A stretch of 63,963 nucleotides of DNA, the filler included, from an uncultured Methanosarcinales archaeon (lineage in GTDB: Archaea; Nanobdellota; Nanobdellia; Woesearchaeales; CAYZNE01), in the NCBI GenBank assembly GCA_964405295.1. It is 10 parts of 10 records of this genome, joined end to end, with 100 filler letters (N's around TTAATTAATTAA, not from the genome) between each part and the next. Parts side by side here need not be neighbours in the genome. Positions count along the whole stretch, not along the records: positions 55,157 to 61,075 come from CAYONI010000030.1; positions 61,176 to 63,963 come from CAYONI010000087.1; 8 more parts are not named here. One strand, written 5' to 3'. This document shows, one piece after another, positions 60,053 through 63,963 of the stretch. Below the pieces are notes generated by a model. The model was not told where the DNA came from. It did no database searches and worked only from the letters and a program-made list of their open reading frames with translations. A program made the translations under genes and the position numbers. Numbering within the stretch: position 1 is the first letter of the stretch; each line of letters opens with the position of its first letter.

Positions 60053-61075
60053 TTACTCATGTTGCCTCACCTCTGAGTTTGATAAATCATCTGGTTCTGT
60101 TTTGTCGTCCCTAAAGCCAATAAACCTTGGGAATCTAATTGAACCAGTCTCGGTAATTTCATTGTATGCTATCTCGACTATCTGTCCGATGAAGTTTGGA
60201 TTTCTTTCTTCTGATAACACTTCAGCTTGTTTAGTTAATTCATCAATCATGTCGTCTGAAAGCCCAGCTCCTACATCTACACTGATAGTTTTGCTCTTAT
60301 CTTGTAAGCAAAGAGACCCAACTTTATTAGCTCTCTTGCCCTCTCCTTGTCGATATGCATAACATAATAGGTCTGCTGTATAGACTTTCTTAAACTTGAA
60401 CATGTGTTTTCTTGAGCCCCTTTCATATGGTGCTCTATCGTTCTTAATAATCAGCCCTTCTTCCCCCCTTTCATTGAGTTCAGTATAGTATTCTTGTGCT
60501 TCCCCTATATGGTTACAAGAATAGTGTTCAGCAAGAACTATATGATTATCTATATTATTAATATTTTTGTTATCCATAAAGTCCGTGATACCTCTAGCTA
60601 TGAATAAACTAACTAGATTATACCATCTATTGATATATGGTAGTTGTTCATCTACTAATAAGTCGAATACTACGTATTTCTTCATTGCAGTTGAATCTTT
60701 ACGGGTTAAGTCTTGGAAAGACCTAGATATTATTTCACCATCTAAGATGATGTTCTCTCCTGCAAACTGTGTAACTAAGGCAAGACAGATCTCTGGATAA
60801 TCTGCTGTTCTGTCTGTTCCTCGCCTACTTGTTAAGATAACTCCGGATTCATTGCCAGAATCAAAGATTTCTGCTTGTAATCTTATCCCGTCATACTTAC
60901 ATTCCATAGAGCAAGGGAACACAACTTTCTTAGCAACATTATCTGCGTTAGCATAAAGGTCAAAGTTCTTAGTCTTAGCACATAGTTGTAATGCAAATTT
61001 ATCTATTGTCTTAAGCCCTAATTCTTTAAATACTGAATTAACTGTTTTAAGTCCTACTCCACATCTGAGATCTTT
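60053..61075 (-). CDS. ATP-dependent DNA ligase (5'-partial)
   Basis: ECKYDGIR, ILDGEI, VFDLL, EGLIIK, KFK, RFPRF..RDDK; upstream frame has DLRCGVG and LQLC. Confidence 0.92.
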   Translation of the reverse strand, partial: KDLRCGVGLKTVNSVFKELGLKTIDKFALQLCAKTKNFDLYANADNVAKKVVFPCSMECKYDGIRLQAEIFDSGNESGVILTSRRGTDRTADYPEICLALVTQFAGENIILDGEIISRSFQDLTRKDSTAMKKYVVFDLLVDEQLPYINRWYNLVSLFIARGITDFMDNKNINNIDNHIVLAEHYSCNHIGEAQEYYTELNERGEEGLIIKNDRAPYERGSRKHMFKFKKVYTADLLCYAYRQGEGKRANKVGSLCLQDKSKTISVDVGAGLSDDMIDELTKQAEVLSEERNPNFIGQIVEIAYNEITETGSIRFPRFIGFRDDKTEPDDLSNSEVRQHE

Positions 61076-61175
61076 NNNNNNNNNNNNNNNNNNNNNNNNN
61101 NNNNNNNNNNNNNNNNNNNTTAATTAATTAANNNNNNNNNNNNNNNNNNNNNNNNNNNNNNNNNNNNNNNNNNNN
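61076..61175. other. Artificial contig spacer
   Basis: Same 100-bp linker. Confidence 0.99.
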
Positions 61176-61663
61176 GAATCATACATCAACGACATCAGCA
61201 TCAAATCGCGTAATCCATAGAGGGTATCCCTTTTAGGCAGACCGAACAGGATTCTCATTTGGTTTTGTGAAAGGTACTCATGTGGGCCGCTGTCCTCTTC
61301 TGGGAACTTGTGGATGTCTGCTATTTTGTTGGCAGAAACAGAAATTGATGCATCCTTGTATTGCAAGAGATAAGTGAAGAAGGTTTTCATAGCAGAAAGC
61401 CGGTTGTTCAGTGTTGCTGCCCCATTTCCCCTTTCGTTCCTACACCAATCAAGAAACCCCACTATAGTGGACTGCGTTATCATTGACGCGCTCATATCGT
61501 AGATTGAACAATTGAGACCGTGCTTTAGATAGGAAACAAACACAGAAAGTGTCGCCTTATATGAGGAGATTGTATTGGGTGAAGAATTTTTGACTTTTGG
61601 TAGGTATGTACCTAGGAAGTCCCGGATTCCCTCGAAAAAGATGGGGTCTGTAAATTTCTTCAT
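61176..61663 (-). CDS. ritC: Tyrosine recombinase RitC (3'-partial)
   Basis: SPNTISSY, ERGN..ATLNNRLSA, YLS..Q..L...P, GLRD...LMYD. Confidence 0.85.
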
Positions 61664-62613
61664 CTTTGGTCACCCCCCAAAGTCGAGTAGACCACATCCA
61701 AAGAATCCCAATCTATCTTGGTGCTGTTGACAAGATTGTTTGGCAGTGTATGCAAATACCACATTGTATCTTCGAACCTCTCATGTCCAAGATGCACCTT
61801 GAGACGGTAAAGCATCTCAACTGAGCTAATCCCTTCGTCGAGCCACTTGAGGATTATCCTTGAAGCTGCAGCATGCCTGAGGTCATATGGCCTGGGTCTT
61901 GGGGCCTCATCAAACAATCCTGCTTTTTTCAGGCATATTTCAAATTGGCTGCGCAACCACGAAGGGGCGTACATGCTTTTGGTCGGGCTTGTAAAAAAGA
62001 ACGGCCTGTCCCCAAAGACATCGTCGTATTCTTTGCACAAGATGAATAGGTCTTCAGACATCCATACCATCCTGTCTTTGTATTTTTTGGATTGCCTGAT
62101 AAAAACAGTGCCGTTGGTGAAGTCAACATCATCCCTTAAAAGGCGGAATGGCTCGCCCGGCCGCAAGGCACAACAGTACATCATCCTAAGCATTACAGGC
62201 ATGACATACTCCCTGTTTGGACATAACCTGAAAACGGGCATGGTATCAGCAGCATGGAAGATGTCAACCAGGTTCTTGTCCGAGAGAATAAAGGGGTTGA
62301 AGTGCTCGCCTCTGGGTATTGCCTCCGGCGGAATATGCAAATCACAGTAATTTGTCTCATTCAGATAACTCAGAAATGTTTTGGTGGTGAAGAGCCTGGC
62401 CCTCTTACCGTTTGGCTTCTCTTCATTCCTACTCTCTGCCCATGTATATATCATTTCAGAAGTGAGCATTGTATGGCTGGGATATTGCTCATAAAGGAAG
62501 CGGTCAAAGGTAGCCGCCCTTTCTTCTAGGCTTTTTCTTGAATAGCCCAATGAACTGCGAAACTCGATGAAATCTTGAATTTGACTTGTAAGAAAGCTTT
62601 TTAGGTTAGTCAT
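61660..62613 (-). CDS. ritB: Tyrosine recombinase RitB
   Basis: ALRPGE, SKKYKDR, PRPYDLRH, LGH, TMWYLH. Confidence 0.87.
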   Translation of the reverse strand: MTNLKSFLTSQIQDFIEFRSSLGYSRKSLEERAATFDRFLYEQYPSHTMLTSEMIYTWAESRNEEKPNGKRARLFTTKTFLSYLNETNYCDLHIPPEAIPRGEHFNPFILSDKNLVDIFHAADTMPVFRLCPNREYVMPVMLRMMYCCALRPGEPFRLLRDDVDFTNGTVFIRQSKKYKDRMVWMSEDLFILCKEYDDVFGDRPFFFTSPTKSMYAPSWLRSQFEICLKKAGLFDEAPRPRPYDLRHAAASRIILKWLDEGISSVEMLYRLKVHLGHERFEDTMWYLHTLPNNLVNSTKIDWDSLDVVYSTLGGDQR

Positions 62614-63838
62614 GGTACACCTCGCTTTGGAGGGGTATCCCTTCAAAATTCAAAGAGCATTTTGCCATCTTTGGATTGGTAGCGATGTACTTGTTTATAG
62701 AACTGAAGGAGGAGTGCCCTAGAAAAAGGGATATTCCATGTGGATCCATATCAATTTCTGAGAGCCAGGTAGCTGCCGAACGTCGCAGACCATGGAATCC
62801 TCTTCCTTCCTTCTTCTCTATTCCAGCACTATTGCAAAGTCGCCAGAACTGCGAGTTAATAGCCCCGCCATGGATTGGTACGGTTTTCCTGGTATGTTGT
62901 AGAAATACCTCATCCATTTGGGTCTCTGTCTCACCACGAAAACAAAGGATGTATTTAGCAACTGCATTACCAACCTCGGGTAACAATGGCAGGTCAACCC
63001 GTCTCCCTGTCTTTTTTTGCCGTATTGCTATTGTTGAATCTTTCCAATCGATGTCTTGTCTTTTTAAAGTGGCAATGTCGCATGCCCTCAGACCTGTTGT
63101 CACTGCAATCAGTATGATAGCCCGGATTCTACATGCCATCTCATTTTCTTGATTGCAGCAGTTGAGCATCTCCTGCACTTCACTTTTAGTGAAACAGGGT
63201 ATTGTCCTTGAGCGGTTTGGAACCCTATAGACTGCAGGATCCATCTTGAATTCTGTACATAATCCTTTTGAATTGAGAAAACCAAGGAATTGCCTTATTG
63301 ATCTGATAACCTGATCCATTGATCCGGGACAGCTCTGTGTAAAATCTTGCACTATTGTATTGAGGGTCTGACTGTCTATTTCAGAGAAAGCAATAACTCC
63401 TTCTGAAGATAGCATATTACAGAATTTCCTTATGACCTGTGAATATACTCTAGCTGTTGTTATTTTGATGCCAAAATCAAGATATACAATCGATGCATAA
63501 AATAGATGACGAAAATTCTGATTTAAAATGCTGGTTTTGGGCTTGCCATTGTTCTTTGCTCCGTCAATGACGCCAGTTTCTAAAAACCCCTGTATCAGGA
63601 ATACGATTCTCAGTTGTATTGCTTGGTATTGTTTTGAATAGTGCTTGCTTTCAATTTCGGGCTCATAGGCCTCAAGTATATTCCCAGAAAGCCCAGATTC
63701 TTGATAAGTCGTGAGGAAAATGGATAGGTTTGAAATCGCTACCCCATATTTTCTCATCGTTTCTGGTTTGTAGTTATATTCACAGATAGTTGCATTGAGT
63801 TGGGTCAATGCTTGTTCAATCATTCTCTTTGTTTCCAT
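62606..63838 (-). CDS. ritA: Tyrosine recombinase RitA
   Basis: TGLRACDI, QKKT, GFHGLRRS, LGH, KY; extended N-terminus. Confidence 0.88.
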   Translation of the reverse strand: METKRMIEQALTQLNATICEYNYKPETMRKYGVAISNLSIFLTTYQESGLSGNILEAYEPEIESKHYSKQYQAIQLRIVFLIQGFLETGVIDGAKNNGKPKTSILNQNFRHLFYASIVYLDFGIKITTARVYSQVIRKFCNMLSSEGVIAFSEIDSQTLNTIVQDFTQSCPGSMDQVIRSIRQFLGFLNSKGLCTEFKMDPAVYRVPNRSRTIPCFTKSEVQEMLNCCNQENEMACRIRAIILIAVTTGLRACDIATLKRQDIDWKDSTIAIRQKKTGRRVDLPLLPEVGNAVAKYILCFRGETETQMDEVFLQHTRKTVPIHGGAINSQFWRLCNSAGIEKKEGRGFHGLRRSAATWLSEIDMDPHGISLFLGHSSFSSINKYIATNPKMAKCSLNFEGIPLQSEVYHD

Positions 63839-63963
63839 TTAGCTGATTCTCCTATAGTTAGACATGTGATATATCTACAATAGGGGAGAAAATGGATGAA
63901 ATGAAAATAAATTATCCCGATAGTGAAAAAACCTTCTTACTGTCTGATAAAGAGTTAGAAGGA

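Larger units (their letters stand above)
61176..63950 (-). mobile_element. RIT (recombinase-in-trio) element, one end missing
   Basis: Three co-oriented tyrosine recombinases overlapping by 8 and 4 bp; candidate end TTATCAGA-N22-TCGGGATAA at 63950-63912. Confidence 0.85.

Overview
The window is not one genome. It holds ten separate contigs joined by an identical artificial 100-bp spacer (N44-TTAATTAATTAA-N44), and the eight complete ones are in decreasing length order. A (1-7501), C (15074-22113) and H (48819-55056) look like an AT-rich Izemoplasmatales/Mollicutes-type bacterium: repeat-rich membrane proteins, 5'-nucleotidase, truA, tldD/pmbA, Fe-ADH, Xaa-Pro peptidase, sufCDS and a multi-CBM lipoprotein. 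D (22214-29110) and G (42462-48718) look like a DPANN/Woesearchaeota-type archaeon: giant surface proteins, two tiny RHH genes and the 3' half of an archaeal 23S rRNA. B (7602-14973) and E (29211-35969) are probably two pieces of one 2-aminoadenine (Z-genome) phage. B carries primase, SNF2 and UvrD helicases; E carries dpoZ-purZ-mazZ-datZ, VRR-NUC, a DUF5664-like gene and a type II hammerhead ribozyme with a variant core behind a consensus promoter. F (36070-42361) is a complete type I R-M operon that appears to be one ~6.2 kb integron cassette bounded by attC-like sites with ATT instead of GTT. I (55157-61075) resembles an archaeal virus/MGE fragment, and J (61176-63963) is a RIT (recombinase-in-trio) element. 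All taxonomic and family calls come from motif recognition by eye; no searches were run.
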